Assembly (NCBI GenBank): GCA_038087875.1 | Contig: CM075997.1 | Span: forward strand, 8,992,001-9,056,000 | Length of the DNA stretch: 64,000 nt | Direction of reading: 5' to 3' | Source of the DNA: Malacoraja senta | Lineage: Eukaryota | Part shown: in pieces, positions 50,031 to 61,099 of the stretch | How the letters are laid out: each line of letters opens with the position of its first letter | How positions within the stretch are numbered: the first letter of the stretch is position 1 | The notes under the pieces: model-generated | Told to the model about the DNA's origin: nothing | The model's input: only the letters and a program-made list of their open reading frames with translations | Database searches by the model: none | Made by a program: the position numbers and the translations under genes

Positions 50031-53000
50031 CTCCCCCTTACCTAACCTGGGGTTAGGTTAGGTAAGGGGGAGGTGCAGCGTGATCTGGACGTCCTTGTAC
50101 ACCGGTCACTAAAAGTTGGCTTACAGGTACAGCACGCAGTGAAGAAAGCTAACGGAATGTTGGCCTTCATAACAAGAGAATTTCAGTATAGGTGTAAAGA
50201 GATTCTTCTGCAGTTGTACAGGGCTCTGGTAAGACCACATCTGGAGTATTGTGTACAGCACAAGTTAGAATGGAGAGATGGCGTAAGGGGAGGCGGCGTA
50301 CCGCAGGTAAAACTCGAGAAGACCGCGGAGTCGGTGGCAGCAAGGCCATCGACTACAGAAGCGGTTAAACAAAGTACCGTTGCAGCGTCATTAGGGCGCA
50401 AGGCCAGGCAAACGTCTGTGCGGCCAGTACCCTCTGAGGAATCAGACCCGGAGGTTCCCCCGCCTCAGGCAGACATTATGTCTACTCGGGTCGCCAATTT
50501 AGAATTCCTCATGGGGAAAATGATTTATGAAGACCTACTCCAGGAGGAACAGCCCGCGTTGGCCTACGGGAGAGCCAGCACAGGGAGTGCCTGGGAAAGG
50601 TCCGGTTCAGCGTTGGCCTATAGGAGAGCCAGCGCCAGCAATGCCTGAATAAGGGCATTTTATGCGTTGGCCTACAGGAGAGCCAGCGCCAACAATGTCT
50701 GAAGGAAGACAGTATAAGCGTTGGCCTACAGGAGAGCCAGAGCCAGCAGCACCTGAAAGAGGGCTGCCGATGCGTGGGCCCACAGGAGAGGCCGCGCGGG
50801 GAGCACCTGATAAAGGGTTTACTATGCGTAGGCCTATGGGAGAGCCAGCGCTAGAAACACCTGAAGCAGGGATGCCAGAGCGCCCCACCATAAGGAGGAC
50901 TGTTTTACGAGGCAGCAAGATACAGATGACGAATCATATGAGGACCAGAGCCCAATAACAGAGCCTAAAATACCAGGTCTGGCAAAAAAATTGCCGTTCC
51001 CAGACTAACAGGGGAACCATTGTGAGATGAATTAGAAATGACAATAAATTATTTGCTCTCCCATCAGCTCCAGGAACTGACCATGGATGAGACTGTCAAA
51101 AAATATGAAACCCCGCAGAATTGCGCACTGCTAGCGGTGAATAATGTAATATGGGGCTATTTGGGCATTGCAGTACGCGCACAATAAATGAAATTACAGC
51201 GGGTGTTGAAATTGCTGGGGTCAGGCATTACGGCTTTCGCCAGAGGCTTGGATGAGGAGCACGTGTCTGCATCACAACAGGATGCCTGAGCACTCATGTG
51301 TTGTGCGCACTTTGAAATAAACTGTATTCGTAAAAGTGCTATAAGACCTAACATACACCATAAGTTTGCGGGGCTCTGTAAACCATCTAATATTCAATTG
51401 CCTAATCTGCTTTTTGGTGAGAATCTAGCCAAAAGGGTAAACAACCTGAATGAAGAAGTTAAAACCGTGGGGATGATGAAACCACCGGAAAACCTGAAGA
51501 CATTTGCCAATTCTATACAGCTAATTTAAAGAAAATGCTATATGGCTAGCATAGATCTTCAAGATGCATTTTACTCTGTGGCTGTGCATGGTAATGATCG
51601 GAGATACTTAAAATTTAGCTGGATGAGTCAATTATGGCAATTTAAAGCATTGCCTAAGGCAGCTCCGAGACTATTTACCAAATTGTTAAAACCAATCTTA
51701 GCACTACTAAGAGCTCAGGGCCATTTTCTAATGGCCTATTTGGATTATATTCTGATTGTGGGAGGCACTGGGGCTACAACAGAAGCATCAGTGTCAATAA
51801 TTAAGCTCACTTTCGAGAGGCTGGGATTTATTATTCACCCAGATAAATCCAAACTATTACCAAGCACAGTAATGGATTACTTGGGTTTCACTATTAATTC
51901 CGAACACATGGCAGTGACTCTGCCCAAGGATAAAAGGCTGCAGTTAATTGAAGGTTGTATTAAGCTCATTACACAGCATCAACCATCAATTAGGCAAACT
52001 AATTGGTTCATTTCCGGCTGTACAGTTTGGACCACTGCATTATCAGCAATTACAGCGAGCAAAGGTACAGGCATTGAGGATACATTCAGGGCATTTTGAC
52101 AGGCCCATGCAATTGCAGTTGCAGCTATTACTGAAATACAATGGTGGATCAGGAGTGTCTCTAATGCTTCCAGAGAAATTCTGGTTGAAATACCTTCCAT
52201 TATTCTACAGACTGATGTAAGTGCTCCAGGTTGGGGCGCTACTAAATACCATTTCCAGCTATGGAGGTAGATGGAATGTGGAGGAAGTACCTTTGCTCCA
52301 AGAACAACAGATCAATTACCTAGAGCTTTTAGGAACATTTTATGAGCTTAAAGCTTATTGCTCTAATATGCAAAATTTGCATGTTCAGGTACAGATTGAC
52401 AACACTACGGCAGTAGCGTATGTTAATCATATGGGTGGTATCAAGTCAGAATCTTGTGATAGATTGGCAAACGTGATCTGGACCTGGTATATTACCAGAA
52501 ACATTTGGCTTTCGGCATTCTACCTACCAGGTAGATTCAACATAGTTGCAGACACAAGGTCACGTAAATTCAATGACAATACAGAATGGATGTTGGATCG
52601 TGACAAATTTAATAAAATTGTTGCACGGTTCGGGATGCCAGAGATTGACTTGTTTGCATCCATACTTAACCACCAATTACCTAAATATGTGTCATGGGAA
52701 CCTGATCCTGGAGCAGTAGCGGTGGATGCTTTCTCGCTGCATTGGACTAGAATGTTTCTGTATGCATTTCCTCCATTTTGCCTCATTAGTCGGTGTATAC
52801 AGAAGATCAAGCAGGACTCCGCTTCAGGAGTATTGGTGGTACCAGACTGGCCTACACAACCATGGTACCCTCTGGTGTTAAAAATGATCACAAAGCCGCT
52901 TATGAGTATTCCTAAACAGGAAAACATGCTCGTGCACACTGGTGATTCGCATCCTTTACATGATCGTATTGCTTTGTTGATTTGCAGTTTCTAAGGAGGC

Positions 53001-53330
53001 CATGTCTCGGAAGAGGACTATCAGATCGTACTGTGGATGTTATTGCGGCAGCCTGGGGGGATAGTACCCAGAAGCAGTACATTTCTTACATAAGGAAATG
53101 GGATGTGTTTTGCTTAAGGCAGAATATTACATATCACACTGCAGACATCTCAGACGTGTTAGAGTTTCTGTCATCTCTTTATTTTGATTTGCAGTTAAGC
53201 TATTGTGCGATCAATACTGCAAGGAGTGCCCTCTCTGCATATCTATGGAGGAAATGAGAACAAAATTCTGTAGGGTCACACCCTTTGGTCTGTAGGTTTA
53301 TGAAGGGAATTTTCAATACCAAGCCTCCTA

Positions 53331-54979
53331 TTTTTATTTTTTATTTTTATTTTATTAGAAGTAAGTACAATTGTATACAATCATATTTTCATAATACCTT
53401 TCATGTAGAGCTTCTTATTTTAAATTTTTTTTGAAATAAAGAAGAATAAGAAAAAAGTTAGATAATGAAAAATAGAAAAATGTGAGATATATAGTGTGTG
53501 AAAAAGAAAAATAAAGAATGAAATAAGAAAGTTGAGACATAGAAAATAGAAGAGAGAGAATAAAAGAAAAGATGAGATGAAAAGAAAATAGAAGATCATT
53601 TATAATCTTGACCATCCGCAGTCACGGATTAGCTTTTACACCTGTTTTGCACCATACGTTTCCAAAAAGACGACAAATGGAGACCAACTCGTTATGAATT
53701 GGTCAAATTTATCTATTAGGAGGAATCGCATTTCCTCAAGATGTGCGGTATTCAACATACTTGCAATCCACATTTTGAGCTTTGGTATTGGTGTATTTTT
53801 CCAAAATTTCAATATTAATTTTTTTGCTATTATTAAACCATAATTAAAAATTGACTTTTGAGATGAACTCAATTTGTTCCCGTCTTCCATTACCCCAAAT
53901 ATAATCAATTCATTATTGGGTTCCATTTTTGTCTTAAATAGTTTTGTAAATATTTCGAAAATATCACTCCAAAATCCATGAAGTTTTATACAAGAAACAA
54001 AAGAGTGTGTTATAGTTGCTTCTTGGGTTAAACATTTATCGCAAATGGGCTACATATTTGGATAAAATTTATTTAATCTTGTTTTTGAGTAATATAATCT
54101 ATGTAAAATTTTAAATTGGATTAGATTATGTCTTGCGTTAATCGAACACTTGTGAATGTATGTCAAATAATTTTCCCATGTAGCCTTCGTAATTTTTATC
54201 AATAATTCCCGTTCCCACTCTTCTCTAATTACCTCGGTCACAGGTAAATCTATATTTAAGATACTATTATATAAATATGCTATTAATTTTTGTGTATCAG
54301 CTTTTGTATTCATTACTTCTTCTAGTAAATCAGGAGTTATTTTTTGATATCCCTGTATGTATGCCAAAAATTACAAATCTGAAAATATTTAAAATAATGA
54401 GTGTTTTTCCGTTTAAATTTTAATTGTAATTGTTGAAATGATAATAAATCTCCCATTTCATACATATCCCCGATCCTTTTAATTCCTAAACTTTCCCATT
54501 GATTATATATTTTATCCATCATAGATGGTTTAAATAAAGGATTATTCGCTATCGGTGTTAACAATGATAGGTTTCTTAATTTTAAGGATAGCTTTATTTG
54601 TTTCCATATTCTTATTGTATCTTGTATAATTGGGTTTTTCTTATATATTGTATTGTTCATTTTTTTCGGGGAGAAGAGGATTGTTCCTATATTACAAGGA
54701 TAACAATCCTCTTTCTCCATTTTTATCCATTCTGTCTGTTGAGTTGAACTATCCAACCAGTAAATTATATTCTTAATATGTATTGCCCAATAGTAATACA
54801 AAAAATTAGGGAGTGAAAGTCCCCCGACATCTTTTGGTTTACATAAGTGTTCTTTTTTAATTCTATGTGATTTGTAATCCCAAACAAAATTAGTAATATT
54901 AGCGTTCAGTTTAGAAAAAAAATATTTTGGTACATATACTGGTATAGATTGAAATAGGTATAATAACTGTGGTAAGAAG
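53331..54979 (-). mobile_element. 5'-truncated L1 inserted in the DIRS tyrosine recombinase, TSD CTCCTA
   Basis: ORFs 54337..54801, 54050..54367 and 53636..53926; (TTTTTA)n tail at 53331; TSD at 53325-53330 and 54980-54985. Confidence 0.92.
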
Positions 54980-55777
54980 CTCCTAGACCCAGGTATACAG
55001 AAATCTGGAATGTAAGAGATGTGCTAATGCTCCTTCGTCAACGGACTCCTGTTGCAGCTCTGTCCTTGCCCAAAATTACCATGAAGGAAGTCATGCCCAT
55101 GGCACTGGTTTCAGCACAGAGAGTGCAAACATTGCAGAAACTACGAATAGACAGGATGAAAATAGCAGCAGATGCCATTACGTTCTATGTCTATGATTTG
55201 CCCAAACAGAGTAGACATGGAGTCACAGGATTTAAGTTGTTTTTTTCAGCATATCCTACGGATCCACGTCTATGTGTAGTATCACATTTACGATATTACA
55301 TTGAAGCCACCAGAACCTTAAGAGGTGCAGAATCAGCATTCTTTATCAGCCATAAAAAACCGCATAAGAAAGTGTCGGTTCAGACTATTTCAAGGTGGCT
55401 GAAGCATGTGTTGGTTGATGCAGATACTGACAAATTTAAATCTCATTCCACCAGGGCGGCATCAGCATCGGCGGCCAAGGATTTGGACGTCGCATTAAAC
55501 CATATCCTCGCGGCCGCAGGATGGGCAAGTGAACGGATGTTTCAAAAGTATTACCATAAGGAGATTACAGAACCTGGGGTATTTGGTGGTTCTGTTTTGG
55601 ATTCAGTATTAAGTTCCCCCTTGGGATAAAAGGGTTACTATGGTTGCAATAAAGAAAACATTAACTGATTGCATCTATGTTATGGTTATGCATTGTTGAT
55701 TGCTTTACTCATTTAGAGTCAATCAATGCCGTGAGACGCCTGGATTTGAATCTACGGCATGAAATAACAGAGCTTTA

Positions 55778-58700
55778 GAAACATAGAAACATAGAAAATA
55801 GGTGCAGGAGTATGCCATTCAGCCCTTCGAGCCTGCACCGTCATTCAATATGTTCATGGCTGATCATCCAACTCAGTATCCTGTAACTGCCTTCTCTCCA
55901 TACCCCCTGATCCCTTTAGCCACAAGGGCCACATCTAACTCCCTCTTAAATATACCCAATGAACTGGCCTCAACTACCTTCTGTGGCACAGAATTCCAAA
56001 GATTCAGCACTCTCTGGGTGAAAAATTATCTTCTCATCTCGGTCCTAAAAGACTTCCCCCTTGTCTTTAAGCTGTGACCACTTGTTCTGGACTTCCCCAA
56101 CATGGGGAACAATATTCCTGCATCTAGCCTGTGCAACCCTTTAAGAATCTTGTAAGTTTCTATAAGATCCCCACTCAATCTTCTAAATTCTAGCGAGTAG
56201 AAGCCGAGCCTATCCAGTCTTTCTTCATATGAAAGTCCTGCCATCCCAGGAATCAGTCTGGTGAACCTTCACTGTACTCCGTCTATGGCAAGAATGTCTT
56301 TCCTCAGATTTGGTGACCAAAACTGTACGCAATACTCCAGGTGTGGCCTCACCAAGACCCTGTACAACTGCAGTATAACCTCCCTGCTCTTATACTCAAA
56401 TACTTTTGCTGTGAATGCTAACATACCAATCGCTTTCTTCACTGCCTGCTGCACCTGCATGCCTAATTTCAATGACTGGTGTACCATGACACCCAGATCT
56501 CGTTGCATCTCCCCTTTTCCTAATCGGCCACCATTCAGATAATAGTCTACTTTCCTGTTTTTCCACCAAAGTGGATAACCTCACATTTTTCCACATTATA
56601 CTGCATCTGCCATGTATTTTCCAACTCACCCATCCTATCCAAGTCACCTTGCAGCCTCCTAGCATCCTCCTCACAGCTAACACTGCCCCCCAGCTTCGTG
56701 TCATCCGCACTGAGCCTTGCTGTACCCCACCTAGTCACTGCCTGCCATTCTGAAAAGGACCCGTTTATCCTACACTTTGCTTCCTGTCTGGCAGCCAGTT
56801 CTCTATCCACATCAATACTGAACCCCCAATACCGTGTGCTTTATGTTTGCATACTAATCTCTTATGTGGGCCTTGTCGAAAGCCTTCTGAAAGTCCAGAT
56901 ATAACACATCCACTGGTTCTCCCTTATCCACTCTACCAGTTACATGCTCGAAAAATTCTATAAGATTCGTCAGACATGATTTACCTTTCATAAATCCATG
57001 CTGACTTTGTCCAATGATTTCACCACTTTCCAAATGTGTTGCTATCCCATCTTTAATAACTGACTCTAGCATTTCCCCCACCACCGATGTTAGACTAACT
57101 GGTCTGTAATTCCCCGTTTTCTCTCTCCCTCCCTTTTTAAAAAGTGGGGTTACATTAGCTACCCTCCAATCCTCAAGAACTACTCCAGAATCTAAAGAGT
57201 TCCGAAAAATTATCACTAATGCATCCACTATTTCTGGGGCTACTTCCTTAAGTACTTTGGAATGCAGCCTGTCTGGCCCAGGGGATTTATCGGCCTTTAA
57301 TCCATTCAATTTACCTAACACCACTTCCCGGCTAACCGGGATTTCACTCAGTTCCTCCATCTCATTTGACACCCGGTCCCCTGCTATTTCCGGCAGATTA
57401 TTTATGTCTTCCTCAGTGAAGACAGAACCAAAGTAGTTATTCAATTGGTCTGCCATATCCTTGTTCCCCATGATCAATTCACCAGTTTCTGACTGCGAGT
57501 GACCTACATTTGTTTTAACTAATCTTTTTCTCTTCACATATCTATAAAAACCTTTGCAGTCAGTTTTTATGTTCCCTGCCAGTTTTTTTTAATAATCTAT
57601 TTTCCCTTTCCTAATTAAGCCCTTTGTCGTCCTCTGCCGGCCTCTGAATTTCTCCCAGTCCTCTGGTAGGCTGCTTTTTCTGGCTAATTTGTATGCTTCA
57701 TCTTTTGTTTTGATACTATCCCTGATTTCCCTTGTTATCCACGGATGCGCTCGCTTCCCTGATTTATTCGTTTGCCAAACTGGGATGAACAATTGTTGTA
57801 GTTCATCCATGCAGTCTTTTAAATGCCTTCCATTGCCTATCCACCGTCAACCCTTTAAGAATCACTTGCCAGTCTATCTTGGCCAATTCACGACTCATAC
57901 CCTTAAAGTTACCCTTCTTTAAGTTCAGAACCATTGTTTCTGAATTAACAATGTCACTCTCCATCCTAATGAAGAACTCAACCATATTATGGTCACTCTT
58001 GCACAAGGGGCCACGCACAACAAGACTGCTAACCAACCCTTCCTCATTACTCGATACCCAGTCTAGAACAGCCTGTTCTCTCGTTGGTTCCTCTACATGT
58101 TGGTTTAGAAAACTATCCCGCATACATTCCAAGAAATCCTCTTCCTCAGCACCCCTGCCAATTTGATTCACCCAATCTATATGTAGATTGAAATCACCCG
58201 TTATAACTGTTTTACCTTTGTTGCACGCATTTCTAATTTCCTGTTTGATGCCATCCCCAACTCCACTACTACTGTTATGTGGCCTGTACACAACTCCCAC
58301 TAGCTTTTTCTGCCCCTTAGTGTTTCGCAGCTCTACACACATCCTCCAAGCTAATGTCCTTCCTTTCTGTTGCGTTAATCTCCTCTCTAACCAGCAACGC
58401 TACGCCACCTCCTATTCCTTTCTGTCTATCCCTCCTGAATATTGAATATCCCTGGGTGTTCAACTCCCAGCCTTGGTCACCCTGGAGCCATGTCTCCGTG
58501 ATCCCAACTATATCATATTCATTAATAACTGTCTGCACATTCAACTCATCCACCTTTTTACGAATGCTCCTTGCATTGAGACACAAAGCCTTCGGGCTTG
58601 TTTTTACAACACTCTTACCCCTTGTACAATTATGTTGAAAAGTGGTCCTTTTTGATTTTTGCCTGCCACTTTTACTTTTCACCTTGTTACCTGTTGCTTC

Positions 58701-58862
58701 TACCTTCATTTTACACCCTCTGTCTCTCTACTCATGCTCCCATTCCCCTGCCACATTAGTTTAAATCCTCCCCGACAGCACTAGAAAACACTCCCCCAAG
58801 GACATTGGTTCCAATCAAGCCCAGGCGCAGACCGTCCTGTTTCTACTGGTCCCACCTCCCCC
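55778..58862 (-). mobile_element. CR1-A LINE (EN and RT, decayed) inserted in the DIRS 3' region
   Basis: CLNARSI, GITETWL, KSDHNMV, KSPGPD and QHGF motifs; tail agaaacatagaaacatag. Confidence 0.92.
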
Positions 58863-59057
58863 GTGACTCCGAAGTAAAATAGTAAGATTAAACGAGAACT
58901 TACCAGTTTGAAGTTTGATCTTTATTTTATGAGGAGTTACGATGATGGACTACGTTCCCTCCACTCCCACCCCTCATAAAGGTCAACTGCTAGTTCTAGT
59001 CTTCACGTATCTTACTATCTTACTTCAGTAATCATATGTCTATGTTTCTATGAGACC

Positions 59058-59795
59058 AAGAGCGGGTTCGGTGATACATAGAGACATAGAAACATAGAAA
59101 ATAGGTGCAGGAGAAGGCCAATCGGCCCTTCGAGCCAGCACCGCCATTCATTGCGATCATAGCTGATCGTCCCCAATCAATAACCCGTGCCTGCCTTCTC
59201 CCCATATCCCTTGATTCCACTAGCCCCTTGAGCTCTATCTAACTTCCCCGAGAGCTCTATCTAACTCCCGACCAGATAGTTTCGCTGAACACCTCCGCGC
59301 AATCCGCCTTGGCCAACGTGATCTCCCGGTCGCTATAAACGTTAACCCCTCCCCTCCATTCCCATACGACCTTTCTGCATCCTCCACTGAGGCCCAAAGC
59401 AAATTGGAGGAAAAAATCTCATATTTCGCTTGGGCAGCTTACATCCCAGCAGTTTGAATTTGATTTCTCTAACTTATAATAACAGTTTCTTTAAATCACT
59501 TTCTCCGGCACTCCCCATCCTAGTCATCCGACTAATTCTACTGTCTTTCTGACAGAATATTACTGATTGTATGCCGCTTTTTCACCTTCCCCTCTGAAAA
59601 CAATGTACCATTCTACATTTCCTTATCATAATCTGCTATGATCTGTCGTTTGCACACCAAACCCTTTCCTACCTCTAGACACCCTCTCCCCAGACTCTCA
59701 GTCTGAAGAAGGGTCTCGAACCGAAATGTCACCCATTCCTTCTGTCCAGAGATGCTACCTGTCCCGCTGAGTTAATCCAGCATTTTGTGTCTATC
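59058..59795 (+). mobile_element. Penelope-like 3' part with pLTR, interrupted by a CR1-C tail (59077-59274, minus, TSD GATA)
   Basis: ETKSGFGD|DSFAEHLR...KLEE..LIFRLGSLHP; hammerhead-like core at 59699-59735. Confidence 0.8.
59699..59735 (+). ncRNA. Hammerhead ribozyme motif (partly mutated) in a PLE pLTR
   Basis: CAGT-CTGAAGA-AGGGTCTCGAACC-GAAAT-GTC-ACC. Confidence 0.5.
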
Positions 59796-60145
59796 GGAAG
59801 AACAGTCAAATTCTGCTTGCTCAATCTCATTCGTCACGGCAATATTCAGCAATAAACCGCCCTGACTTACGAGGCCATATGTTGCCACTATTGTGGAAAC
59901 ACTGTTTATTTGGCAGTAATTGCTAAAAAAAACTAAACAATAGTGATGTCATATTTTCATTCTCGTATCTCAGACATCGTATCAAAAAGTTAAAACGTGC
60001 AGCAATTGATTCAGGAAGGTTTTGAAATGTTTCTTATATCCCTACAGGTATGGGAAGCATTTCACCATGGCACAACGAGCAAAAATAATGTAATGTACGT
60101 GTTTGTTCAGTGGTTTGTGGCTGATATGAATGAGAGATGCTCCTA

Positions 60146-60192
60146 CTAATTGGCCCAGTGGAACTTATCTCACCTGTATGTGTACTTCTTAA
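60146..60192 (+). promoter_or_regulatory. Putative promoter of GPCR 2: CTAATTGGCCCAGTGGAA motif and degenerate TATA position (GTATGTGTACTTCTTAA)
   Basis: Aligns with 31184-31137 (minus) of the paralog. Confidence 0.5.
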
Positions 60193-60262
60193 GCCATTCA
60201 CCAAGACATGGGGGGGCACTAGGGTCGTAGAACAACTGATCGCAGATAGATAGTCACGGAAA

Positions 60263-60332
60263 ATGTCATTTCCAGCAATTTACCTCATTGCGAGCGTTTA
60301 TTATCCTTTACTTGCAGCGGTTGGAATCCCCG
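60263..60332 (+). CDS. Exon 1 of a second GPR139-like GPCR (MSFPAIYLIASVYYPLLAAVGIP-G); exon 2 not in the window
   Basis: Same 70-nt length and phase-1 donor (CCCG|GTAAGG) as the first gene; 16 of 23 residues identical. Confidence 0.8.
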
Positions 60333-61099
60333 GTAAGGCGCTGGATCTGGTTGCTATTTCAGTGTTTGGCTTTATGATAAACATAACAATTACTTTACTT
60401 TATTCCGCTGCAGTTCGTTATCCAACTCTAGTTGTCCTTTTCGTTGACTGTTTATGCTTTATACAAATTAAACAGTTTCCAGTGGTATTGCCGGCAATAT
60501 TTCTTATATGTGACTTTGCAATAACTTTGAAATATAGAATTGCCACAGGAGTAAACCAAACCTTTCCCACTACTGTTACTCTTCCAAAGTGTTTTTACTG
60601 GTGCCCAGGATATCACTGCCAGAGCAAAACATCGGTCCTTCTGCACTGGACCGAGTGGATCCACGGAGTTAAAATCCATTGTGTAGTGTCGCAGATGGAT
60701 TGTTGGGAATTGCTTGTGTACCGCTCTGCAGAAGGGACATCGTATTTATTGTTGCGGATGGCACTGTACTTAATGGTTTGAGTGGACTTGAATGTAGTGA
60801 CGTCCGGAAAAGCTCTGCTGCTGCTGAATTTGGATCCACAGTTCCCTGTGATTAAAGTCGTATTCGCCAGATTATTACATACAATGAACTCAGTGCCCAT
60901 GCCATCAATATGGTTTAAAGCAGACACGTCAGGATACACGTCCAAGATAGTATGCGAGGTCTAAAACTCTCTGTCAGCACTGTACAGACCAGACAACACA
61001 TTAGAGGCCGGGAGTATATGGAATGCATAAAATTGAGCTGCTGCAAATAGGCTTAATAACTTGTTTGATTTAAATTGTTTGCTGATAGTAGGTATGTTA

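Larger units (their letters stand above)
44645..50258 (+). mobile_element. CR1-C LINE with two tandem 149-bp 5' monomers, ORF1 (C..C zinc motif, esterase) and ORF2; hosts three insertions; tail at 59035-59051
   Basis: CYKCEKCIQ, VVGDSIVRG, HVGTND, ITETWL and FADD motifs; monomers start at 44645 and 44794. Confidence 0.92.
50259..59034 (+). mobile_element. DIRS-type tyrosine-recombinase retrotransposon (gag-like, RT, RNase H, MTase-like, YR), decayed, left end missing, two nested LINEs
   Basis: ASIDLQDAFYSV and AYLDYIL (RT); DNTTAVAYVNHMGG (RH); DLFAS...YAFPPF...PDWPTQPWYP; YR 52982-53330 plus 54986-55629 with AQRVQTL, HSTRAASAS and AAGW; terminal region 58863-59034. Confidence 0.9.

Noticed and set aside
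60263..60781. 172-aa ORF as a single-exon gene
   Set aside because: GPCR similarity ends at the GTAAGG donor (60333); the rest is intron read-through.
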